DNA of 64,000 nucleotides from Bermanella sp. (GCA_049115935.1 JAGDZK010000015.1:27135-91134); one strand, 5' to 3'. Numbered from the stretch's first letter, positions 32,804-42,426 are shown. Made by a program: numbers and translations. Notes: a model not told the origin generated them from the sequence alone.

Positions 32804-34105
32804 TTATCCTTTCAAAACAGGCCAGCGTTCACTTATTTGGCCATTTTCATACACTAGAATATCACCAAACCCTAACAACACGGCTTCTGACTGTGTGGGC
32901 CTTAGAAAAATATAATCATCCTGCTTAAGTTCAATACTCACAGAGCCGTTATACATTTCTTGATTGCTGGAGCGTCCATAAACTGGGTTAAGGGTGAGTC
33001 CCTTTGGGGAAACCGGATGGGCTTTCCAATAACCACCGTAAGCAAAGAACGTTTTCTCCCAATTTTGATTCCACATGGCCATCACTTTGCCTAAGCCTGA
33101 TACACCTGGGATCTGGGTTTCATCTAACACTTTTAATACAGGGCTTGCGATAAAGGCCGCGGGCGAGTGGTCGGTTAAGGTTGGTAAATCAAAATCCGAT
33201 GGCTTCACTAAACACGAACCTGCACTTAATTCATTCATGGGCCAATCTGATGCTTGGCCTTCATTGTAATATTGATACGTCGGGCTACCTGCGGCATTTA
33301 AGGTTAAATCTTGCACGCTGCGCTTTAGGTGCTGTTCAGCTAGATCAAGGTAGTGTTTATAAATCCCCATGGCTTCATCGCGGTGTTTAATGGGATCACC
33401 TGGCACTTTACCAATATGAGGTTCATACCCCATAAAACCCGACAAGTTTAAATATGGGCTCGTTTCGATCAACTCAAGCATGGCCAATAGTTCATTGTCA
33501 CTGGATACACCGCCGCGATGCAGGCCCACATCTAATTCAATATTAATATTAAGGGTCGTTGAATGAGTACTCGCAAAATGCTCATACTGCTTTAATCGCT
33601 GAGTGGAATCCAACAACCATTGTAATTGCACTTGTGGATTAAACCCGGTTTGTGACGCCCCATGACTTTTGTAAAACGACTTTACCGCGGCTATAGGCAT
33701 AGGTTTGCCCATTAACACATCCGCTTGCTCAATCTCTTGGATAACTGCCGACAAAAAAGGTTGGTGAAATACCATCAATTTATGGGTGTTCGCTTGTGAC
33801 ATGGTCCATTTGAGCATCTCAATTGAGGGTAACGACTTGGCCACAATACGATAGTCAAAACGGTCTTTTAAATGACTATTTAATGTTTTGATATTACGAG
33901 CCATAACCGATTTATCAATCAGCAATGATGGCGTGGCCACAGCATTAGAGTGCAGCGATTCACTTAGCAATTGAAAATACTGGCTATGATTCTTTTCACC
34001 CAAATCATTAGGGCGTACCCAAGCGACTCCACCTACCGCAGCAGAAGCCAAACCCACTTTAATGAGCGCTCGTCGTGATAAACCTTTACGTAATAACTGG
34101 CTCAT
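32804..34105 (-). CDS. sphD: Tat-exported DSD1/alanine-racemase-fold PLP enzyme (SphD-like)
   Basis: SRRALIK Tat motif; RIVAKSLPS PLP-lysine, ELDVGLHRGG, GFMGYEPH, AGSPTY; third gene of a cyt c-oxidase-PLP operon. Confidence 0.75.
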   Translation of the reverse strand: MSQLLRKGLSRRALIKVGLASAAVGGVAWVRPNDLGEKNHSQYFQLLSESLHSNAVATPSLLIDKSVMARNIKTLNSHLKDRFDYRIVAKSLPSIEMLKWTMSQANTHKLMVFHQPFLSAVIQEIEQADVLMGKPMPIAAVKSFYKSHGASQTGFNPQVQLQWLLDSTQRLKQYEHFASTHSTTLNINIELDVGLHRGGVSSDNELLAMLELIETSPYLNLSGFMGYEPHIGKVPGDPIKHRDEAMGIYKHYLDLAEQHLKRSVQDLTLNAAGSPTYQYYNEGQASDWPMNELSAGSCLVKPSDFDLPTLTDHSPAAFIASPVLKVLDETQIPGVSGLGKVMAMWNQNWEKTFFAYGGYWKAHPVSPKGLTLNPVYGRSSNQEMYNGSVSIELKQDDYIFLRPTQSEAVLLGFGDILVYENGQISERWPVLKG

Positions 34106-34129
34106 AACACACCTTTTATAATTGTTATT

Positions 34130-35491
34130 CTATGCCGTAAATAGCGACGATAAATAAGGATTTAAAAATTTGCCATTTGGATCAAGCTCGCGTCTTATTT
34201 CATTAAAGCGCTGCCAGTGGCTATAGTGCTGAGAAAATTGATCCGCTCCCATGGTATTCAATTTACCCCAGTGCGGGCGACCTTGATACTTTTGCATAAT
34301 GGGCTCGATGGCAGCGAACATGGTTTGATAACTTTCTTTATGATAACGATGAACCGCAATTGAGCAGGTTTCACGGCCATTAAATGGACTTAACCAAATA
34401 TCGTCACTTTTGATGTAGCGCACTTCGAACGGGAAAAACACTTCAGGAAACTGAGTTTCTACCACTTGACGAATTTCTTTAAATGCAGGAATCATGTTTT
34501 CACGCGGCAAGTGATATTCCATCTCGTTAAAACGGACATTGCGCTCACTGGCATAATTTTGCCAACTGTTTGCCACGTTCACTTCTTTTGGCAACGTTTT
34601 CATATAAGTGCCTAATACCAGCTCACGTAGTTTCGGGCTCCAACTTAAAATATCCCGTGCGGTTTTTAAGTCTTCTGCACCATCATTTTGATCAAGCTTA
34701 TCAACCACCGTGATGTCATCGTCTGTTATATTTTGCACATCAATAAACCCCATGCCCGTAAAGGGAATGAAATAAAATTCAAAGTTACGATTAGCATCGG
34801 CTAAGGTTTCAGCGTTTTGTAAAATCTCTTCAATCGGCAGCCACGTGGTTTCGCGTTTTAATTTATAGCTGGTCTGATTTTGTAACGTCACTTGAGAGAC
34901 AACGCCCAATGCACCTAAATTTACCCGTGCAGCTTTAAAAACCTCAGGGTTTTGCTTGGCATTACATTCCAGTAACTCACCATTGGCCAGCACCAGTTGT
35001 AGCCCCACCACTTGATTCGACATACAAGTTAACTGTGCCCCCGTGCCATGGGTGGCAGTAGCAATAGCACCGGCAAGACTTTGCTCGTCGATATCAGGCA
35101 TATTCACCAGTGCTTGTCCTTGATTTGCCAAAGGCTCGCCAATATCACCTAAACGCGTACCCGCCCATACACGAGCCTGCTGATTAGAGGCATCTGTACT
35201 GATTAAACCCGCCAAGCGACTAAGGGAGACAATGGTGTCGTCAGTGGGCACCAATGGCATAAAAGAATGACCTGACCCCACAGGACGAATTACTCCATTG
35301 GCTTGGCTAAGCAAAGTCTGTAATTGCGCTAAGTCCGCTGGTGCACTGCGCGTATTTGGATAACAAATTTGTGAGCCAGACCAATTACGCCAAGGTAACG
35401 GCTTAGTATTAGCGGCTAACAAATGAGGTGGCATGGCCATAACAGCGGCAGCGCCCATAAGCTGCTGCAAGAAATTTCGACGTGTTTGCAT
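34130..35491 (-). CDS. sphC: Tat-exported FAD-linked oxidoreductase, D-arabinono-1,4-lactone oxidase family (SphC-like)
   Basis: TRRNFLQ Tat motif; WRNWSG, RPVGSGHSF (covalent-FAD His region), ATATHGTG, RFNEMEY, GRPHWGK. Confidence 0.78.
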   Translation of the reverse strand: MQTRRNFLQQLMGAAAVMAMPPHLLAANTKPLPWRNWSGSQICYPNTRSAPADLAQLQTLLSQANGVIRPVGSGHSFMPLVPTDDTIVSLSRLAGLISTDASNQQARVWAGTRLGDIGEPLANQGQALVNMPDIDEQSLAGAIATATHGTGAQLTCMSNQVVGLQLVLANGELLECNAKQNPEVFKAARVNLGALGVVSQVTLQNQTSYKLKRETTWLPIEEILQNAETLADANRNFEFYFIPFTGMGFIDVQNITDDDITVVDKLDQNDGAEDLKTARDILSWSPKLRELVLGTYMKTLPKEVNVANSWQNYASERNVRFNEMEYHLPRENMIPAFKEIRQVVETQFPEVFFPFEVRYIKSDDIWLSPFNGRETCSIAVHRYHKESYQTMFAAIEPIMQKYQGRPHWGKLNTMGADQFSQHYSHWQRFNEIRRELDPNGKFLNPYLSSLFTA

Positions 35492-35511
35492 AGTTATTGT
35501 TATTCTAAATT

Positions 35512-35862
35512 TTAATCTTGTTGTTGAGCCATGAAATCAATCAAGGCATTAAATTGGTCAGCATTACAGTCCATACACAGACCAAACGGTGGCATGCCAC
35601 CAAAGCCATTAATGACATTATTAAGTAAGGTATCTCTACCTTTTTCTAGGCGATTTTGCCATGCGGCCACATCGCCAGTAAGTGGTGCTTTTGTTCTTTC
35701 AAGGGTGTGACAGTTACGGCAACTGCGTTGATAAATAGCATTAAGGCTTGGATCACTTGGCTTTAATGTTTGAGCCGTCGCTAAAATTTGCTCATCACTT
35801 GGCCCCTGGGAACAGGCACTTATAAAAACAATGAAGAATAGACTGGTTAGTAACTTAACCAT
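35512..35862 (-). CDS. sphB: Cytochrome c5-family lipoprotein (SphB-like)
   Basis: Lipobox ISAC; CRNCH heme motif; GFGGMPPFGLCMDC. Confidence 0.78.
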   Translation of the reverse strand: MVKLLTSLFFIVFISACSQGPSDEQILATAQTLKPSDPSLNAIYQRSCRNCHTLERTKAPLTGDVAAWQNRLEKGRDTLLNNVINGFGGMPPFGLCMDCNADQFNALIDFMAQQQD

Positions 35863-35950
35863 TGGGCACCTTTATTTTTATATTATTTTGATAAAGGGTG
35901 CGATGTTTATTAAAGAAGGTCAATTGTCAATCTGGCCAACTTAAACACAT

Positions 35951-38260
35951 TTATTCTAAGTGTCTTGGGATCACAATTTGCACACTAAAGCCCTGCCCTT
36001 TCACCGGAAAAAATAAACGACCTTTTAGTGCCTGACATACAAGATTATAAATCATATACAAACCAAGACCGATGTGACCGTCTGGCCCTGTTTTAGTCGT
36101 AAAAAAAGGTTTGCATAAATTTTTAACCCACTGCGGTTTTACACCCTGACCATTGTCTGTAAAGCTAATTGAAACATTATCTTTATCATTGTTTTTAACC
36201 CTTATATTAATGATGGGGGTTTGACCTTCATCAGCATGGCTGTGCAGCAATGCATTATCTATAAGCTGTACCAGTATGGACGTGATGGCTGTTTTATAAG
36301 TGTAAATTTTAATATCGGCATCGCATTCAATGTTGACCCGCCAGCCAGCCATGCGCCAACGTTGAGCATTTACCACATTTTCAATTAAATCCAGTACATC
36401 AATATGGCTAGTCTTTAACCCCAATTGCCAAGAAGAGACCTCTCTAAAGCGCTTCACTACCTTGGTCATTCTTTTTTGGTTACTGCTAACCAAATTAAGT
36501 GATTGATCTAACGTTGAGATAAATTTTTCACAGTCACTTTTCTGTATACCATCATCACGTGAAATAAAGTCGGTCAAATTTTCTTTTAATAATGTAGTCG
36601 TAACCACATTACTGCCTAGCGGCTTGCTGATTTCTTTAGCAATGCCTAAAGAAAATTGCTCCATAATGGTCAAGCGCTCTTGATCTAACTCTTCTCTTAG
36701 TTTTTCTGATGTCTTGCGCTCGGTAATATCTTGTACTGTGCCTTCAAAACCAGTCTCTTTAGCGGCTTTATAATAACGTAAATTAATACTCACCCAGCGT
36801 TGCTCACCGGTTTCGGTTTTAATTAATAATTCATTATCAGTACTGCTACCCTCTTCGCGCGCAGCACGAACCATGTTTTGAAAGTTCACAAAACTTGAAC
36901 TGAGGTAATCCCTAATATCATGAACTTTATCAAGCATGTCTTGCCTGTGATCAAACCCAAATATGGTTGCACAGGCTTTATTTACACTCACTAACTGGTA
37001 AAACTGATTTGATTGGAAATTACCAATAGGGGAATTTTCATATAGGTTTTGATACCGCTTCAATACACCAACATGCTCATCTTTACTTTTTATTAGTGCT
37101 TTTTCTGTTTCGATTCTCTTTTGAGTAGAAGATGAAATACGATCCGCTAACGAAAATGCCAAAAATAAAACTTCTAATACTGAACCGATTACATAGCCAT
37201 AGGTACTAAGCCAGTTAGTCTCGCCTATGCCCAAGCCTCTAAAATTAAGCAGTAATATTCCAACTAAGAACAGTGCCCAAGCACATGTAAAATAACGTGC
37301 AGCGGTATACCCTTTTCGCCACAAATAAGCCCCTGAAAACAAACCTGAGAATATTGACACAATACCAGTTACCACAATGATTGGAGTGGCGCTGCTGTAA
37401 TCTAAAAAAAGTAAACTGAGTAAGTTGAATAACACTAGTCCACGTAAAGCTAAAAAATATTTATGCAGATTTGGGCTATTGCTCGATAACCGTAAAAACG
37501 TTGCCATAAATGTTAAAACGGCTAACTGATACAAAGAGTATGCAACAGGAAAGCTATAGTGATTAATTTCTGGGGTGTTTGGCCAAATCCAAGCAAACCC
37601 ACGCCCATCAAAAGAGAGCTGAAGCAATAAAAATGCTGAAACCGTTAATACATAATATAAATAGCCCTTTTCTCTGATCACTAAAAATATAAATAAATGG
37701 TAAAGCGCCATAATAATCAGCACACCATAATATGCACCATACACACTTTGCTCTAAGGCTAGGTGCTCTGCATATTCTATTTCAGCCCACCACTTAACAG
37801 GTAGCATCATTGTGCCTTGTGTTTCTATGCGAGCTAACATACGAAATTGGGTGGGCTGATCATTAGACATACCCAACACAAAGTCAGGTACTCTCACCAA
37901 CCGCTCAGAAAAATGACGAGCATCTCCAGAATGCATGCTGAGAATCAGCTCATCTTCTTTATAAAGGTAAATATCTAGGTAATCTAATAGCGGATAAGGA
38001 ATTTGAAGGACCCAATCGCCCTCACGGTAAGCTTGTATATTCTGCATAACCCACAAGGTTGAGTTGGAATAGCCAAAATTCAGCTCTCCTTTTGAAGGCT
38101 GCCAATGAGCTTCTTCAAGTACCTCTTGTACCGTATGGGGCTGGCCATCCGGTTCAAGCCAGTAATACAGTCCAGACGTCGTCAACCCCGGAATACTTTG
38201 CTCCGTGGCATGTGCAGGCATCAACAAAAGCACAGACAAAAGAATAAAAAGGTATTTCAA
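35951..38260 (-). CDS. 7TM-DISM (DISMED2 + 7TM) PAS sensor kinase-like protein lacking the H-box His
   Basis: LNFGYSNSTLW DISMED2, 7 TM, PAS (QDITERK), degenerate H-box GIAKEISKPLG, HATPase (DNGQG, PFFTTK, GLGL). Confidence 0.85.
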   Translation of the reverse strand: MKYLFILLSVLLLMPAHATEQSIPGLTTSGLYYWLEPDGQPHTVQEVLEEAHWQPSKGELNFGYSNSTLWVMQNIQAYREGDWVLQIPYPLLDYLDIYLYKEDELILSMHSGDARHFSERLVRVPDFVLGMSNDQPTQFRMLARIETQGTMMLPVKWWAEIEYAEHLALEQSVYGAYYGVLIIMALYHLFIFLVIREKGYLYYVLTVSAFLLLQLSFDGRGFAWIWPNTPEINHYSFPVAYSLYQLAVLTFMATFLRLSSNSPNLHKYFLALRGLVLFNLLSLLFLDYSSATPIIVVTGIVSIFSGLFSGAYLWRKGYTAARYFTCAWALFLVGILLLNFRGLGIGETNWLSTYGYVIGSVLEVLFLAFSLADRISSSTQKRIETEKALIKSKDEHVGVLKRYQNLYENSPIGNFQSNQFYQLVSVNKACATIFGFDHRQDMLDKVHDIRDYLSSSFVNFQNMVRAAREEGSSTDNELLIKTETGEQRWVSINLRYYKAAKETGFEGTVQDITERKTSEKLREELDQERLTIMEQFSLGIAKEISKPLGSNVVTTTLLKENLTDFISRDDGIQKSDCEKFISTLDQSLNLVSSNQKRMTKVVKRFREVSSWQLGLKTSHIDVLDLIENVVNAQRWRMAGWRVNIECDADIKIYTYKTAITSILVQLIDNALLHSHADEGQTPIINIRVKNNDKDNVSISFTDNGQGVKPQWVKNLCKPFFTTKTGPDGHIGLGLYMIYNLVCQALKGRLFFPVKGQGFSVQIVIPRHLE

Positions 38261-38410
38261 CGTAAGCCATCCAACCGAACACTTTTATAAGCTTAGCAGC
38301 ATTGAAAAAGTCTTCACTGGCATATATCTTTATTAGACAGCAGTGGCCACATCTGACCCTCATCATAACCGAGCTATTAATGGCAATTTGCCACATATAG
38401 ACTTAACGAT

Positions 38411-38610
38411 GAGCAAGGGGAGCGAAACAGATACACGCCCTGTCATAGTCCGTATATTAGTACGGTTACTGACTTGCTACCCCTTAGCTGATTGTGTATC
38501 CACACAAGCTAAAGCCCAAGTCAGCTATATTAGGCGATACATATTCAGCAAATGACTGAATCGGCCTTTGGCCAAAATAAGCCTAATCAGACAAACCCGC
38601 TCCCCTCCTC
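38411..38610. ncRNA. Candidate structured non-coding RNA (unassigned)
   Basis: Terminal 9-bp helix AGGGGAGCG/CGCTCCCCT enclosing several further hairpins; no family recognised. Confidence 0.3.
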
Positions 38611-38672
38611 TTTCCGGCAATGTTTATAATATTTGCTAGGCTTTAGATAGGTTCACATTGCCTAGGAATCAC

Positions 38673-38942
38673 ATGGCTAAACGCTCGCCCATCATCACAA
38701 GTCGATTTAAATCAAAATACGACAAGCTCAACAGCAACACCAAAGCGTTTATTAAGTTTATGAGCGTGATACTGGTATTAATAGGCTTGGGGTTGATCTA
38801 CCACGCTAATACAGACCAAAGCATGCCCAGCGCTCAACGCTTCTTTGAGCAGCGAAAAAATGTTGAGGAATACCATGCTTACAAGGAAGAAGAGGAATCA
38901 GCGAAAAAACGAGCGGAAAAAAACATCTTTTTACAAAACTAA
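38673..38942 (+). CDS. Small single-TM hypothetical protein
   Basis: TATAAT at 38625, AGGA RBS, ATG 38673; basic N-terminus, one TM, charged tail. Confidence 0.6.
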   Translation: MAKRSPIITSRFKSKYDKLNSNTKAFIKFMSVILVLIGLGLIYHANTDQSMPSAQRFFEQRKNVEEYHAYKEEEESAKKRAEKNIFLQN

Positions 38943-39001
38943 GTCAAAAACGAAAAATGCCCTTTCGGGCATTTCGTCATTACCTTATTAACGGTTACAC
39001 A

Positions 39002-39877
39002 CTAATCTTTTTGTCGCATAAGCCCTTCTTGCGCCACACTCATCATTAACTGACCATCTTGATGGTAAACATGGCCAATATTCAAACCGCGTCCTCCTGA
39101 TGCCGCAGGACTTTGCATACTATAAAGCATCCAATCATCAATACGGGGTTGGTGATGAAACCAAATAGCGTGATCTAAGCTAGCCACTTGCATGCCTTTG
39201 GTCGCAAACGAAACACCGTGAGGTTGTAGGGCCGTGCCCACAAGGTGAAAATCTGAGCTATAAGCAAGTAATGAATAATGCATTGCTAAATCCTGTTTGC
39301 TCCAATCATTAATAGGCTTAAACCAGACGTCTTTGTGAGGCTCGCGCTTGTCTGGCATAAAGATATTAATTGGGTTAATCGGACGACTTTCTACCGGTTT
39401 GTCTGACGTGTATTTATCACGCACGTTTTCTGGAATCATCTCAGCAAATTTACGCGTAATCTCTAGCTGAGACATTATGCCGTCTGGCCCCTTCACATCC
39501 GGCATGGGCATTTGGTGTTCAAACCCTTTTTCCGGCAGCTGAAAACTGGTGTTTTGGGTTAAGATAATTTTACCGTCTTGAATAGCGTCTACTCGTAACG
39601 CCGAAAAACTGCGACCTTTGCGCAGCACTTCCACCTTGTAATCCACATGACCATTAACATGACCTGGCAGCAAGAAATAGGCATGCATAGAATGAGGCAC
39701 AAACCCTTCAGGGGCAGCCTGAATAGCCGCATTAAGGGACTGACCAAGAATTTGCCCACCAAAGAGGTTGCGAAAGCCGAGATCTTCGCATTCGCCACGA
39801 TATAGGTACGTTTGCGGCCCCTCATGAAGAAACTTCACACTTAAGAGATCAATTAATTGCTGGGTTACCGCATGCAT
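39002..39877 (-). CDS. tesB: Acyl-CoA thioesterase II
   Basis: LFGGQILGQSL, SMHAYFLLPG, YSSDF, ASLDHAIWFH, SVAQEGL; likely start ATG 39877. Confidence 0.93.
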   Translation of the reverse strand: MHAVTQQLIDLLSVKFLHEGPQTYLYRGECEDLGFRNLFGGQILGQSLNAAIQAAPEGFVPHSMHAYFLLPGHVNGHVDYKVEVLRKGRSFSALRVDAIQDGKIILTQNTSFQLPEKGFEHQMPMPDVKGPDGIMSQLEITRKFAEMIPENVRDKYTSDKPVESRPINPINIFMPDKREPHKDVWFKPINDWSKQDLAMHYSLLAYSSDFHLVGTALQPHGVSFATKGMQVASLDHAIWFHHQPRIDDWMLYSMQSPAASGGRGLNIGHVYHQDGQLMMSVAQEGLMRQKD

Positions 39878-40024
39878 GTATTTATCCTTTCTTAAATCAA
39901 CCAATACTAGTTTAGATCAAACACTCTAGCTTCAGCATATTCAAACACGCGTTTGAACGCAAAGTTATCACCAAAAACACACTGTCACATCAAACGCCCC
40001 ATTGGTGACACCCGCCCTTTGCCC

Positions 40025-40037
40025 TATAATGCGCCCC
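40025..40037 (+). promoter_or_regulatory. Sigma70 -10 box with GC-rich discriminator (trmA promoter)
   Basis: TATAAT followed by GCGCCCC, about 35 bp upstream of the trmA ATG; the -35 is weak. Confidence 0.5.
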
Positions 40038-40064
40038 TTAATTGATATCCAAGGTAGTGGTTGC

Positions 40065-41147
40065 ATGCATCAAGTGGCACCAGAGCAGTATTCGAGCTTA
40101 TTGGCCGAGAAACAAGAACGTATCGAAGACCAGTTTGCCCAGTTTAATATTGGTGACATCGACGTTTACGCCAGTGAGCCCATACATTTTCGCCAGCGGG
40201 CTGAGTTTCGTATTTGGCATGAAGGCGATAGCTGTTTTCACGCCATGTTTGAGCCTGGCACCAAAACTGATCCTATCAAGATTGACCACTTTCCAACGGC
40301 CAGCTTAGAAATTTGCCAGTTAATGCCAAAATTAATTGAGGCCATTAACAGCCAACCCATTTTGAAGCACAAGCTATTTCAAATCGAATATCTCAACACC
40401 TTGTCTGGTGAGATGCTGGTAACACTGATTTACCACAAACAGCTTAATGATGAATGGGTTACAGCGGCTACTGCGATTAAAGAAGATCTAGGCATTCACC
40501 TGATTGGTCGTGCTCGTAAAATGCGTTTATTACTCGACCAAGAATACGTAATGGAAACCCTAAACGTAGACGGTAAAGCTTTGCAGTATCAACAAATTGA
40601 AGCCAGCTTCACCCAACCTAATGCCCGCGTGAATGAAAAAATGCTGAGCTGGGCGCGCAGTTGCGCCACCGCGGGTGACGCTGATTTATTAGAGCTTTAT
40701 TGCGGTAACGGCAACTTCTCGTTGGCCCTTGCGGACCAATACCGTAACGTTTTTGCCACAGAAATTAGCAAAACCTCCGTTAATGCGGCCAATTTTGCCA
40801 AACAAGCCAATGGCATAGAAAACGTCACGTTTGCACGAGTGAGCGCCGAAGAGTTTACTGATCATATGAATGGAATCACTGCCCGTAAGCGTCTTACTGG
40901 TTTGGGCCTTGAAGATGCTGACTTTCAAACAGTGTTAGTAGACCCGCCTCGAGCAGGCCTTGATCAAGCAAGCTGCGAGATGATTAGTCGTTATCCGAAT
41001 ATCATCTACATTAGTTGCAACCCTGACACCCTAGAGCTGAACCTGCAGCAGCTAAGCGCCACACATGAAGTAAAACGCTTTGCTATGTTTGATCAGTTCC
41101 CTTATACCCATCACATTGAGTGTGGTGCTTACCTGCAAGCCAAATAA
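40065..41147 (+). CDS. trmA: tRNA/tmRNA m5U54 methyltransferase
   Basis: RQRAEFRIWH, SFTQPN, LLELYCGNGNF, VDPPRAG, YISCNP, DQFPYTHHIECG; start ATG 40065. Confidence 0.96.
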   Translation: MHQVAPEQYSSLLAEKQERIEDQFAQFNIGDIDVYASEPIHFRQRAEFRIWHEGDSCFHAMFEPGTKTDPIKIDHFPTASLEICQLMPKLIEAINSQPILKHKLFQIEYLNTLSGEMLVTLIYHKQLNDEWVTAATAIKEDLGIHLIGRARKMRLLLDQEYVMETLNVDGKALQYQQIEASFTQPNARVNEKMLSWARSCATAGDADLLELYCGNGNFSLALADQYRNVFATEISKTSVNAANFAKQANGIENVTFARVSAEEFTDHMNGITARKRLTGLGLEDADFQTVLVDPPRAGLDQASCEMISRYPNIIYISCNPDTLELNLQQLSATHEVKRFAMFDQFPYTHHIECGAYLQAK

Positions 41148-41150
41148 ATG

Positions 41151-41181
41151 AAAGCCCTTTAGTTTCAAGAAACTAAAGGGC
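41151..41181. terminator. Hairpin after trmA
   Basis: GCCCTTTAGTTTC-AA-GAAACTAAAGGGC perfect stem. Confidence 0.6.
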
Positions 41182-41288
41182 CAATCACTTGTTCATAAGC
41201 CTCTTTTTACACAGCTTTACATAATCACCACTGAACAAAACCGTACCATCGTGCATAATTTATCAAAATTAGTACCAAGGTACACGTT

Positions 41289-41570
41289 ATGCCATTCCCT
41301 GATAATTACCCATTTTTTACATTAGTAAGCAATCAATGCGAAGCCGAATCTGCCCTGGCTGCCATAGAGTGCTTTGGTAATTACGTAGAAAAACAGCATT
41401 TAAGGCCTAAGGCCCAAGCTTTAAAAGTTGAGCTTTTACGTGGCAAAAAAGAGATGTGTTTCGAACAAAAAGTGAATGTACTATTAGCAGAATATATTGA
41501 AAGTGTTGGCGAGCTAAGCGACCAACTCGTCATTGCCTTAGGTAAAAGTTTACAGTACCACTTACGCTAA
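41289..41570 (+). CDS. Hypothetical protein (93 aa)
   Basis: AAGG upstream of the ATG; followed by a terminator hairpin; no recognisable motif. Confidence 0.55.
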   Translation: MPFPDNYPFFTLVSNQCEAESALAAIECFGNYVEKQHLRPKAQALKVELLRGKKEMCFEQKVNVLLAEYIESVGELSDQLVIALGKSLQYHLR

Positions 41571-41603
41571 AACGGCAAAACCCAAAAAGCGCTTTGCCGT
41601 TTT
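41569..41603. terminator. Bidirectional terminator
   Basis: AAAACGGCAAA...TTTGCCGTTTT between convergent genes. Confidence 0.7.
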
Positions 41604-41616
41604 AACGTCACAATTA

Positions 41617-42426
41617 TTACGCAACCTTGCTACTAGGGACATCTGGCTTTGCATGTCGTTCATGTAAAAAACGCAACACATCAGCACGATATTTGTTATA
41701 CATAGGATCATCCGCAAGCTCTAAACGATGACGAGGACGAGGTAGATCAATATCCAATATCTCACCTACCGTAGCCGCCGGGCCATTACTCATCATCACA
41801 ATACGATCACTCAGTAATACCGCTTCATCCACATCATGGGTGATCATCACAACTGTATTTTTTAAGTCTCGCTGAATTTCCATTAACGAATCTTGTAAGT
41901 GTGAGCGCGTCAAAGCATCCAAGGCACCAAATGGTTCATCCATTAATAATACCGTTGGCTCCATGGCCAATGCACGAGCAATACCCACACGTTGTTTCAT
42001 GCCACCTGATATTTCATCCGGCTTTTTATGCAAGGCATGGCTCATATGCACAAGCTCAAGGTTATACTCAATCCACTCTTTCATTTCTGCTTTAGTTTTT
42101 TTGCCTTTAAATATTTGTTTAACCGCAAGCTCAACATTTTCATAGGTGGTTAACCAAGGAAACAAAGAGTGATTCTGAAAGACAACCGCACGTTCAGGGC
42201 CTGGCTCACTCACCTCTTTGCCATCTAAAACGATGCCGCCTCTAGTGGCTTGGTATAAACCAGCAATAATATTTAAAACCGTGGATTTACCACAACCAGA
42301 GTGGCCAATTAAAGAAACAAATTCGCCTTTTTTAATTTTCAAATTAACATTTTCAAGGGCGCAAAACTTGCCACTTGGTGTATCAAATTCCATTGTCACA
42401 TGATCAATATTCAAATGTGCACTCAT
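41617..42426 (-). CDS. nrtD: Nitrate/nitrite(/cyanate) ABC transporter ATPase (NrtD/NasD)
   Basis: GHSGCGKST, VVFQNHSL, ISGGMKQRVGIARAL, LMDEPFGALDALTR. Confidence 0.88.
   Translation of the reverse strand: MSAHLNIDHVTMEFDTPSGKFCALENVNLKIKKGEFVSLIGHSGCGKSTVLNIIAGLYQATRGGIVLDGKEVSEPGPERAVVFQNHSLFPWLTTYENVELAVKQIFKGKKTKAEMKEWIEYNLELVHMSHALHKKPDEISGGMKQRVGIARALAMEPTVLLMDEPFGALDALTRSHLQDSLMEIQRDLKNTVVMITHDVDEAVLLSDRIVMMSNGPAATVGEILDIDLPRPRHRLELADDPMYNKYRADVLRFLHERHAKPDVPSSKVA

Noticed and set aside
38154-38555. ORFs 38154..38396(-) and 38343..38555(+)
   Set aside because: They have no RBS or recognisable domain and overlap the sensor 5' end and the candidate RNA; likely spurious.
38411-38610. 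Assignment as 6S RNA, lysine or yybP riboswitch, or tmRNA
   Set aside because: The diagnostic conserved motifs and usual gene context (e.g. zapA-ssrS-ygfA) are absent; kept only as an unassigned candidate.
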